Source of the DNA: a bacterium
GTDB lineage: Bacteria; JAMCPX01
NCBI GenBank assembly: GCA_037439545.1
Contig: JBBIVV010000048.1
Coordinates: forward strand, 1 to 13,210
DNA length: 13,210 nt
Reading direction: 5' to 3'
A program made the translations under genes and the position numbers. Below are positions 6,370-13,210 of the stretch, piece after piece. The notes beneath the pieces were generated by a model. That model was not told the DNA's origin. It did no database searches and saw only the letters and a program-made list of their open reading frames with translations. Each line of letters opens with the position of its first letter. Position 1 is the stretch's first letter.

Positions 6370-7317
6370 ATGAAAAGGAAAAATGTATCGGGATTGATTT
6401 TATCGGGAATGATAGCGGGTCTTGTTTTTACGGGTTGTGCGACCACGTACAGGGAAACCCAGGTGCCCGGCCCTTCTCAACAGCCTGTTGAAGGCAGAAT
6501 ACAGACCTACACAGGTCCAAAGAAGAGGGTGTGCATAGTAGATTTTGTAAACAAGAGCGAGTATGGACAGGGAAGGCTCGGCAGATCGGCTTCCGACATA
6601 CTGTCAACTGAACTTTTTAAATCAGGAGCTTTTATTCTTGTTGAAAGAGATAAATTACAGCAAATTCTTGGCGAACAGTCGCTTGGACAGACGGGTGCGG
6701 TTAATCCTGCAACAGCAGCAAAGGCAGGCCAGCTGCTGGGATGCGGTGCCATTGTGACAGGTTCTATTTCTCAATTCGGTGTGAAGGTATTGGGAGAGGA
6801 TTACGGCGTATACAAAAAGAAGGTCCAAAAAGCGGATTGTACGGTAGATGTAAGGGTAGTAGACACTTCCACAGGGCAGGTACTTTTTGCAGACTCGGGC
6901 AAGGGCGAATATGAGAAAAAAGCAACACAGGTGCTGGGAATGGGTCAATATGCAGGGTATGACGAGACACTGGGACAGGAAGCTTTAAGGGCCGCGATAA
7001 CCAAATTTATAGATAACCTGATCCAGCAGTTACAGAGCGTAGAATGGAGCGGGAGAATCGCAGGAGTCAAAGGGAGCAGGGTTTACCTGAATGCAGGGCA
7101 AAAAACAGGACTGAAGATCGGAGATGAGCTTGTCGTAACATCACTCGGTGAAGAGATAACGGATCCGCAGACAGGGCTTGTCATCGGAAGGGCGCCGGGG
7201 CCTGTGCTCGGGAGATTAAGGGTAATGGCATTTTTTGGGGAAGACGGCTCTGTTGCGACGGTTGAATCTGGACAGGGCTTTAAAGTTGGAGACCAGGTAA
7301 AACTTGCCGGCCAATGA
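6370..7317 (+). CDS. CsgG/HfaB family lipoprotein with FlgT-C-like C-terminal beta domain
   Basis: Lipobox FTG-C; 'F.LVERDKLQQILGEQSL', 'AIVTGSISQF', 'VDVRVVDTSTGQV'; C-terminal 'VYLNAGQKTGLKIGD...ITDPQTG'; RBS AAGGAGG. Confidence 0.85.
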   Translation: MKRKNVSGLILSGMIAGLVFTGCATTYRETQVPGPSQQPVEGRIQTYTGPKKRVCIVDFVNKSEYGQGRLGRSASDILSTELFKSGAFILVERDKLQQILGEQSLGQTGAVNPATAAKAGQLLGCGAIVTGSISQFGVKVLGEDYGVYKKKVQKADCTVDVRVVDTSTGQVLFADSGKGEYEKKATQVLGMGQYAGYDETLGQEALRAAITKFIDNLIQQLQSVEWSGRIAGVKGSRVYLNAGQKTGLKIGDELVVTSLGEEITDPQTGLVIGRAPGPVLGRLRVMAFFGEDGSVATVESGQGFKVGDQVKLAGQ

Positions 7318-7327
7318 GGAGGTCATG

Positions 7328-7663
7328 ATGCTTAAAAAAATAGTTTTGCTGTCATCCGTTCTTGCTTTCTTTGTACCGCTCTTTTTGCTGGGATGCGGTA
7401 TGCCGACCGAGACATTAAAAGCAGTCGGTAATGAAGGGCTTGTAAAGATAATTGCAGATCCAGGCAGTGCACAAGTTTATGTTGACGGTAACTTTATCGG
7501 TAAGGCCCATGATTTTAACGGTAACCCGGGGTTGTTAAGGTTGACCCATGGAACGCATACAATCGAGCTGAAGAAAGACGGGTATCAGCCGTACACACGC
7601 AGGGTATTCGTCGGCAATGAGGCTCTCGAGCCGATCAACATAATGCTGATAAAGAATCAATAA
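7328..7663 (+). CDS. PEGA domain lipoprotein
   Basis: RBS GAGGAGG 7316-7322 overlapping the upstream stop, ATG 7328 (or 7325); lipobox LLG-C; 'DPGSAQVYVDGNFIG...GTHTIELKKDGY'. Confidence 0.85.
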   Translation: MLKKIVLLSSVLAFFVPLFLLGCGMPTETLKAVGNEGLVKIIADPGSAQVYVDGNFIGKAHDFNGNPGLLRLTHGTHTIELKKDGYQPYTRRVFVGNEALEPINIMLIKNQ

Positions 7664-7673
7664 TGAGTATCGT

Positions 7674-7706
7674 GTGGGAGCAAGTAATGCTCCCACGTTC
7701 CTTTTT
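7674..7706 (+). terminator. Terminator-like hairpin after the lipoprotein cassette
   Basis: GTGGGAGCA-AGTAA-TGCTCCCAC perfect 9-bp stem followed by GTTCCTTTTT. Confidence 0.55.
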
Positions 7707-7709
7707 ATT

Positions 7710-8255
7710 ATGACTATACCAAATATTTTATCTCTCCTGAGGATACTCTCATTACCTGTTTTGTTTTATCTTATAAAGAATGATTATCCCGTAGCTGCAT
7801 TCTACCTTTTGATAGGCAGCTGGTTTACGGATTTTTTAGATGGTCTTATCGCACGGACGTTCAATCAGAGATCAAAACTTGGTTCATACCTTGACCCCAT
7901 AGCGGATAAAATGGTGACGACGTCCTTGTTTATATTTCTTACAATCTTCAATCGATTGCCATTATGGCTTACCGCAGTAGTGGTTATCAGGGACGTCGCC
8001 ATATTTATCGGCTTACTGGTGCTTTTCCTGCCGCAGAAATTTCCGACCGTATCCCCATCGTATCTCGGGAAATTTACGACATTCTTTCAGGCAGCGACAC
8101 TGCTCATAGTCATGTCCGAAGGCGTGCCTCTGTTTCAGGGGATCCTTCCTCCATTCCTCCTCGACGTTATTTATATGACTGCACTCTTTACCCTGCTCTC
8201 GTTTATTCAATATACCGTAAGAGGCATTGCAATGCTCAAAGAAAGAAATGAATGA
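7710..8255 (+). CDS. CDP-alcohol phosphatidyltransferase (PgsA-like)
   Basis: 'MTIPNILSLLRI' start; signature 'DFLDGLIAR...GSYLDPIADK'; several TM segments. Confidence 0.9.
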   Translation: MTIPNILSLLRILSLPVLFYLIKNDYPVAAFYLLIGSWFTDFLDGLIARTFNQRSKLGSYLDPIADKMVTTSLFIFLTIFNRLPLWLTAVVVIRDVAIFIGLLVLFLPQKFPTVSPSYLGKFTTFFQAATLLIVMSEGVPLFQGILPPFLLDVIYMTALFTLLSFIQYTVRGIAMLKERNE

Positions 8256-9028
8256 CTACCGTGACAATCGTATTCATATTCATTTTCGGACTTATCATTG
8301 GAAGCTTTCTCAATGTCGTGATCCACAGGCTGCCATTGCATCAGTCGCTTGCATATCCATCATCGCACTGTCCCTTCTGTAATGCGAAGATAAAGCCATA
8401 CGACAATATACCGCTGATCAGCTACATCTTATTGTTTGGAAGGTGCAGGTCGTGTAAAAAACATATTTCTTTAAGATATCCCCTGGTCGAGTTCCTCACA
8501 GGATGCATGATCGTTTTACTGTATTTGAAGTACGGACCGGGCATCGACATGCTGGTGCTTTTTATACTATCGGCAAGCCTCATTGCCATTACCTTTATAG
8601 ACATAGATCACAGGATCATTCCGGATACTCTGTCGTACCCGGGCATTCTTGTCGGTTTTGTGAGCAGTTTCTTCATACCTTTAAACAATCCGGTCAATTC
8701 TGTCATCGGAATGTTTGCCGGCAGCGGAATATTGTTTGCGGTCGCATATCTTTACGAAAAGATTACCGGTGCCGAAGGCATGGGTATGGGCGATGTAAAG
8801 CTTATGGCCATGCTCGGTGCATTTCTCGGATGGCAGGCAAGCATTTTTATCATTATCATGAGTTCATTGATCGGCTCCATTGCAGGCATAGGACTGATGG
8901 TCTTTGCAGGCAAATCAAGAAAATTTGCAGTACCCTACGGTCCATTTATATCGTTGGCCGCGGCCGCATATATATTTTACGGCCAGTTTCTGATAGATCT
9001 GTACCTGAAGGTAATCGGCTATGCTTAG
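8252..9028 (+). CDS. pilD: Type IV prepilin peptidase/N-methyltransferase (peptidase A24)
   Basis: 'GSFLNVVIHRLP', Zn motifs CPFC/CRSC, 'FIDIDHRIIPD', 'GMGDVKL', 'PYGPF'; ATGA overlap with the upstream gene. Confidence 0.95.
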   Translation: MTTVTIVFIFIFGLIIGSFLNVVIHRLPLHQSLAYPSSHCPFCNAKIKPYDNIPLISYILLFGRCRSCKKHISLRYPLVEFLTGCMIVLLYLKYGPGIDMLVLFILSASLIAITFIDIDHRIIPDTLSYPGILVGFVSSFFIPLNNPVNSVIGMFAGSGILFAVAYLYEKITGAEGMGMGDVKLMAMLGAFLGWQASIFIIIMSSLIGSIAGIGLMVFAGKSRKFAVPYGPFISLAAAAYIFYGQFLIDLYLKVIGYA

Positions 9029-10457
9029 GGGTTTGAGGGCCAGGATAATTCTCATTCAAGGCGGCATTATCGCCGCCGCATTGATACTCATGGGCATCGT
9101 GTTTTACCAGATTCAAGAAAAAGATACTATAACCCAGTTTATCGGTAACGCTGAAGCGGTGAACGGGATATTCCAAAACCGGGTACACGGTGAGAGTAGC
9201 AAGGCATACTCCGGCATAGCATCGATGCAAGCCCTGAACAATTCTTACATGTTTTCAAAGGTAGCACTTTTATCGGGCACAGATACCTCGGCAATAGCGG
9301 ATATGACCATGCACCTCTCCCCACGGCTTGCAGATCAGTTCCATGCCATGCTTACAAACTGTACCCCTGGTTTTATTGATGCATCCCATATGCGCATGAT
9401 AAAACTGTTCCCCGTGCGCAGGCAGGGTGCCCTCTGCACAAGTCTCGCCGTGGTATCGAACGATAAATATTTTTCGAAGCAATTATTTTTGCTCATTGAG
9501 ATAATAATTGCATACATCCTGCTGAATTTTTTTATACTGACCATCGTTTCATGGTTTATCATCGACCGGTATACCGTGGTGCCGCTTCAGAGGTTTGAAA
9601 GAGCGGTCGAAGGTGTAAGCCACGGAGATTATCCGCAGATAAAGGACATGCCGGCAGCGAAAGAGCTCCGCCAGATTATAAAGGCATTCAATGCCATGAC
9701 AAAAGCCATCCAGGCGAAGGAGCAGAGCCTGAAAGATACGATAAAGGAGCTTCATGAAACACAGGCCATGGTAATAAGAAAAGAAAAACTCGCAACGATC
9801 GGGACTCTCGTATCAGGCATATCGCATGAAATAGGAAATCCCTTGAGTGCGATAATATCACTGCTTGGGAGCGTAAGCCCGGAGACCTCTCCTGACGGCA
9901 AAGGCCGGGGTACAAAAATAGATGTCATTACCCGCTCACTCAGCGAGGCTTACAGAATAGACGCCTTAATAAGGCAATTGCTTTTGTATGTAAGACAAAA
10001 GCCTGCCGTGCCGATAGAGGTTCATATCAGGCCGCTGATTGACGATGTACTGTCAAGCATAAAACTAACAAAGGATCTTTCCGGCATAGAGCTGTCCGTG
10101 GATTCGGATGATTCGCTTGTTTACAAAACAGACTATGAGAAACTCAGGCAGGTCCTCGTAAACCTTATAACCAATGCAGCGGATGCGATCCATAAAAAGG
10201 GAGCGATCAGCATAAGGGCGGCAGAACAAAGCGGCTCTCTTGTAATCGGTATATCGGATACGGGAGAAGGTATCGCTGACGAGCAGAGGGAAAAAATATT
10301 TGAGCCGTTTTTTACCACGAAGTCATCGAACAAAGGGACAGGACTGGGGCTTGCAATTGTAAAAAATATTGTGCAGGAACTCGGCGGTGAAATCGGCGTT
10401 AAAAGCAAAAAAGGTGAAGGAACGACATTCACGGTAAAGCTTTCACGCGGGGAATAA
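9021..10457 (+). CDS. Membrane sensor histidine kinase (2 TM, HAMP, HisKA, HATPase; NtrB/PilS-like)
   Basis: H-box 'SHEIGNPL', N-box 'QVLVNLITNAADA', G1 'DTGEGI', F 'FEPFFTTK', G2 'GTGLGL'; overlaps pilD by 8 bp. Confidence 0.93.
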   Translation: MLRGLRARIILIQGGIIAAALILMGIVFYQIQEKDTITQFIGNAEAVNGIFQNRVHGESSKAYSGIASMQALNNSYMFSKVALLSGTDTSAIADMTMHLSPRLADQFHAMLTNCTPGFIDASHMRMIKLFPVRRQGALCTSLAVVSNDKYFSKQLFLLIEIIIAYILLNFFILTIVSWFIIDRYTVVPLQRFERAVEGVSHGDYPQIKDMPAAKELRQIIKAFNAMTKAIQAKEQSLKDTIKELHETQAMVIRKEKLATIGTLVSGISHEIGNPLSAIISLLGSVSPETSPDGKGRGTKIDVITRSLSEAYRIDALIRQLLLYVRQKPAVPIEVHIRPLIDDVLSSIKLTKDLSGIELSVDSDDSLVYKTDYEKLRQVLVNLITNAADAIHKKGAISIRAAEQSGSLVIGISDTGEGIADEQREKIFEPFFTTKSSNKGTGLGLAIVKNIVQELGGEIGVKSKKGEGTTFTVKLSRGE

Positions 10458-10810
10458 AGCCGGCCATTCAGGCCCGGGGGACGTGAAGAAGGATTAACCC
10501 GAAAATGCATCAGAAACGTTCGCTCATTCGCCCGGTGCAGCCATCGCCTTTGTATTAGTGCGGGTTTTTTAGTGAGAAGTACATGAAGGGTGCTTTCTAT
10601 TATTTTTTATGGTTTATTTTTTTGCCGAAATTTCTTCTGCGTTACCCTACTTAGGATTTAGAGGGGAGTTAACACCATACCATATCAGTCATTATTTGTG
10701 ACCAATGATGAATTAATCTTAAAAGCGCTACCTTTCAATCATACCGTTTGATAACGTATGTCCCGTCACCCATTACACAGACTTTGCAAGGTTAAAATTC
10801 ATTGTCAGGG

Positions 10811-12799
10811 CTAAGGAATTATCGCTGTACCGGAATAAACGAGTGATTGCAGGAACCCGGAGTATTTCTCCTGGGCTGTCGTATCGGTAAATATGGCAAA
10901 GTGATCGTCAAAAGGGAACTGCAGGAGCCCTGCGGTGACCTGCGTTCCATTTGAGGATGTTACCTCATTGCTTACCGGAGGCGTAAAGGTCGAAAGTCCT
11001 ATGATTGTGTAACCTTCGGCAGTGTGGGCCGCAGGCTCAATCAGCGGTATGCCAGAGGCAACTGCAAGCGCCTCAGCCGTCACTGAAGGAGTATACGGAT
11101 CGAGTAACCCTTCCGTGAGTACGATATTTTTGGGCGTGCCGGAATTGTTATACGGGTCTATAAGATACGGCCCGTAATTTATAGGATCGGTTACCTCTAC
11201 AAGCAATTGGACAAGTCCTATGACCGGATGAAAAGTGGTAAGCGGCTGGGTTGATGGTATTCCCAATAACAGCTCGAATGGCTGCGCAATACTGGGAGAC
11301 TCCCTGTATAAAATAGTTAACGATAAGTCTCCGCCATCGCCGGAAAGCACCGCGCCTTTTATGCCGGGCTCCAGCGCAGCGTAAAGCGTGCCTGTTATTC
11401 CTCCCTGCGAATGACCTACAAAAATAATATCGTTTGTATCAAAGGTTATAGGTTGTCCGGTCGGCGATATGCCCGCTGTTATGTTCAGCCCCCCTGTCTC
11501 AATAAGTCTGGTAAGCACGAATGAATCGACCGCAGACTGCCTGAAGTTCGTCCTGCCCTCGTCCGGGTTAAAGAAGTTAAACGAGTCCATATCGAGCTCG
11601 CTGGATGACAGGGGCGGGCTGACCCTGTTGCCGTGAAGGGGCTGGTCAATTCCGATGCCCGCGATCCCTTTACCCGCAAGTATGTTTCCTATACCACCGT
11701 ATTCCTTTATGATGCTCATATGACTGCCGCCTGTACCGTGTGCGTACAAAGCAATAGGCCAGCCATGGGGCGGCATTGTGCCGGAGGGGACTGTCAAACT
11801 GAAATCCAATGACTCCCATCTTTGAATAACCGGGGCAGCGTGTGTATCGAAACTAAATGCACCCCCGTCGGTAGCATAGGGAGGTGTGCCGAACTGGAAG
11901 TTCGGCGATGTGTACGTACCACCGAACACATAAAAGCTGTTGGTATTGTACCATGCATAGTCAGAGCCCATGCCGTCATAGCCGATTGTCGAAATGCCAA
12001 GCCCTGTAAGGTTTGATACAAACTGTCTTATCGTCCGCAGGTCCTTTGTCGGGTCCTGCGCCGTAAATACGGTTGCAGCACCGATGGTATCTGCATTTAT
12101 TCCGCGCTGTTTCAGATAGTCGTACAAAGGCTTATAAACTGCAATGAGCTTCGATAGTACCGGATCAGCGCTTGAGGTGCTGAATAAAGCCTGGCGCATA
12201 AGCCCTGGCATCGCAATCGAGTGGTTGTTTATATCCTTCACCGCATTGGTGAGTACAAGGGCATACTTTGTCGCACCTGACAGCGGGAACCCGTACAGAG
12301 GCTCCACTGCCAGTGTATTTACCGGCAGATAAGCAGTGCCTGTCAGTTCGTAATACCATATGACAGGGACGCGGAATCCATAACGTGAAGACGCGGGATC
12401 GATATCGGCAAGATAGAGGGATGAGCCCGCGGTCATGCTCTCAGAAGCTGTGTGCGGCAATGTAGATAAAGATATCGCCGGGCCGGTAAAATGAAGATAA
12501 GCAGGGGCGTTGGCTGCAAAGCCTGTAACCTCTGTCCTCGCGGTTTTCAGATATTGATCCAGAAGCGTTATGTTCAATGGATTCGGGAACCCCGTGAGCA
12601 GCGGGTGACCCTGAGGATCGGTCTCATAATCATTCGGGAAAGGCATGTCATAGAATCCTGTTCCAGCAGGGTTGAAGTAGATCGTTGCCGGCGTGTAAGA
12701 AGGCCCGGAGGAAGTGGAGGAACAACTGACAAGGAATGATGCCATGACAATCAGGATCACTATAAAGAATGCATGGAGAAAAATTGTTTGTTTGTACAT
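10811..12799 (-). CDS. Large lipoprotein alpha/beta hydrolase (lipase/esterase-like) with N-terminal accessory domain
   Basis: Lipobox LVS-C; 'PFPND' N-terminal motif; 'AHGTGG', 'GIDQPLHGNR', nucleophile 'GHSQGG', candidate Asp 'GLLDPYTP' and His 'DHFAIF'. Confidence 0.85.
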   Translation of the reverse strand: MYKQTIFLHAFFIVILIVMASFLVSCSSTSSGPSYTPATIYFNPAGTGFYDMPFPNDYETDPQGHPLLTGFPNPLNITLLDQYLKTARTEVTGFAANAPAYLHFTGPAISLSTLPHTASESMTAGSSLYLADIDPASSRYGFRVPVIWYYELTGTAYLPVNTLAVEPLYGFPLSGATKYALVLTNAVKDINNHSIAMPGLMRQALFSTSSADPVLSKLIAVYKPLYDYLKQRGINADTIGAATVFTAQDPTKDLRTIRQFVSNLTGLGISTIGYDGMGSDYAWYNTNSFYVFGGTYTSPNFQFGTPPYATDGGAFSFDTHAAPVIQRWESLDFSLTVPSGTMPPHGWPIALYAHGTGGSHMSIIKEYGGIGNILAGKGIAGIGIDQPLHGNRVSPPLSSSELDMDSFNFFNPDEGRTNFRQSAVDSFVLTRLIETGGLNITAGISPTGQPITFDTNDIIFVGHSQGGITGTLYAALEPGIKGAVLSGDGGDLSLTILYRESPSIAQPFELLLGIPSTQPLTTFHPVIGLVQLLVEVTDPINYGPYLIDPYNNSGTPKNIVLTEGLLDPYTPSVTAEALAVASGIPLIEPAAHTAEGYTIIGLSTFTPPVSNEVTSSNGTQVTAGLLQFPFDDHFAIFTDTTAQEKYSGFLQSLVYSGTAIIP

Positions 12800-12806
12800 C
12801 TTTTTT

Positions 12807-12910
12807 TACCCCGAGAGAAAGCCCCACCATTTATGGTGGGGATAAAATGATAATTTTTAATTCCTTATAGAAAGGGCGGGGTTTAAAGCAACGTCCTTTC
12901 TAAATGGGTT
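12807..12910. mobile_element. Degenerate miniature palindromic element (IS200/IS605-end-like or MITE-like)
   Basis: Hairpin CCCCACCA-TTTA-TGGTGGGG (12822-12841); second stem TAGAAAGGGCG/CGTCCTTTCTA (12868-12902); imperfect terminal IRs ACCCCGAGAGAAAG / CTTTCTAAATGGGT. Confidence 0.55.
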
Positions 12911-12920
12911 TACTGGATTA

Positions 12921-12949
12921 CTTATACCATGTACGCGGATGAAACGCAA
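12921..12949 (-). promoter_or_regulatory. Putative promoter of the lipoprotein hydrolase (TTGCGT-N17-TATAAG, with extended TGn)
   Basis: Minus strand TTGCGT 12949-12944, TGG immediately before TATAAG 12926-12921. Confidence 0.35.
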
Positions 12950-12967
12950 TTTGTGCGAAGGAATATA

Positions 12968-12996
12968 TTGAATTTTCGGAAACTATTCTTTACACT
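12968..12996 (+). promoter_or_regulatory. Putative promoter TTGAAT-N17-TACACT for the gene at 13175
   Basis: TTGAAT 12968-12973, TACACT 12991-12996. Confidence 0.5.
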
Positions 12997-13005
12997 GTTC
13001 CTAAG

Positions 13006-13149
13006 AGGTTGTCCGACAATGCCAAATAGCAGGGTTGTCATTCTGAACGAAGTGAAGAATCTTTCCTTTAGCTCAGGGTAAACTCCGCGAAGAGTCTATG
13101 GCATCAGATTCTTCGGCTCTGCCTCAGAATGACAAATGTCAGACAGCCT
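13006..13149. repeat. Nested inverted-repeat element (REP/REPIN-like core within MITE-like ends)
   Basis: Outer IR AGGTTGTCCGACA (13006-13018)/TGTCAGACAGCCT (13137-13149), 11/13; perfect TTGTCATTCTGA (13035-13046)/TCAGAATGACAA (13124-13135); perfect GAAGAATCT (13054-13062)/AGATTCTTC (13106-13114). Confidence 0.8.
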
Positions 13150-13174
13150 GATAATAAAGCACGGAGGGCTGTGT

Positions 13175-13210
13175 ATGAAAAGATTGATAATCCTGTTCAT
13201 CGCAGGTTTT
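13175..13210 (+). CDS. 5' fragment of an exported protein (truncated by window end)
   Basis: RBS GGAGG 13163-13167, ATG 13175, MKRLIILFIAGF resembles a signal peptide. Confidence 0.6.
   Translation, partial: MKRLIILFIAGF

Noticed and set aside
6370..7317. Curli biogenesis operon (csgG)
   Set aside because: No curlin-repeat protein or CsgE/CsgF in the window, and an extra C-terminal domain is present; gene symbol withheld
7674..7709. GTG start at 7674 for the pgsA-like gene
   Set aside because: The extension is the hairpin sequence itself; the family-typical N-terminus begins at MTIPN (7710)
8503..9036. 177-aa alternative-frame ORF and other overlapping short ORFs in the track
   Set aside because: Shadow frames of well-supported genes, with atypical composition and no motifs
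10458..10810. ncRNA (SRP/6S) or pseudogene in the gap
   Set aside because: Only weak stems (AACCCG/CGGGTT; CATAC..GTT/AACGTATG); no SRP consensus and no recognisable protein remnant
1..13210. CRISPR array, integrase or autonomous transposase
   Set aside because: No regularly spaced direct repeats and no recombinase/transposase motifs in any ORF

Overview
Bacterial chromosomal window with a Deltaproteobacteria/Myxococcota-like gene repertoire (taxonomy inferred from gene content only). From left to right: (1) a small-protein + nucleotidyltransferase pair (TA-like) and a patch of degenerate REP-like palindromes just 3' of a CCA-less tRNA-Arg(ACG). (2) A minus-strand operon of two tandem stand-alone MshEN/T2SSE_N proteins without ATPase domains plus a secreted alpha/beta hydrolase. 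(3) A divergent glutaredoxin-like gene + groES with a short roof loop and no adjacent groEL. (4) A hairpin-bracketed four-gene envelope cassette: FlgT-N-like secreted protein, DUF799-like lipoprotein, CsgG/HfaB lipoprotein and PEGA lipoprotein. (5) PgsA-like phosphatidyltransferase, prepilin peptidase and a HAMP histidine kinase with no adjacent regulator. (6) A large lipoprotein alpha/beta hydrolase and a divergent promoter region in which each arm carries a different palindromic miniature element. The best candidates for an undescribed system are the multi-CsgG-fold envelope cassette and the pair of MshEN proteins with complementary motif degeneration. All family assignments come from motif recognition, not database searches.
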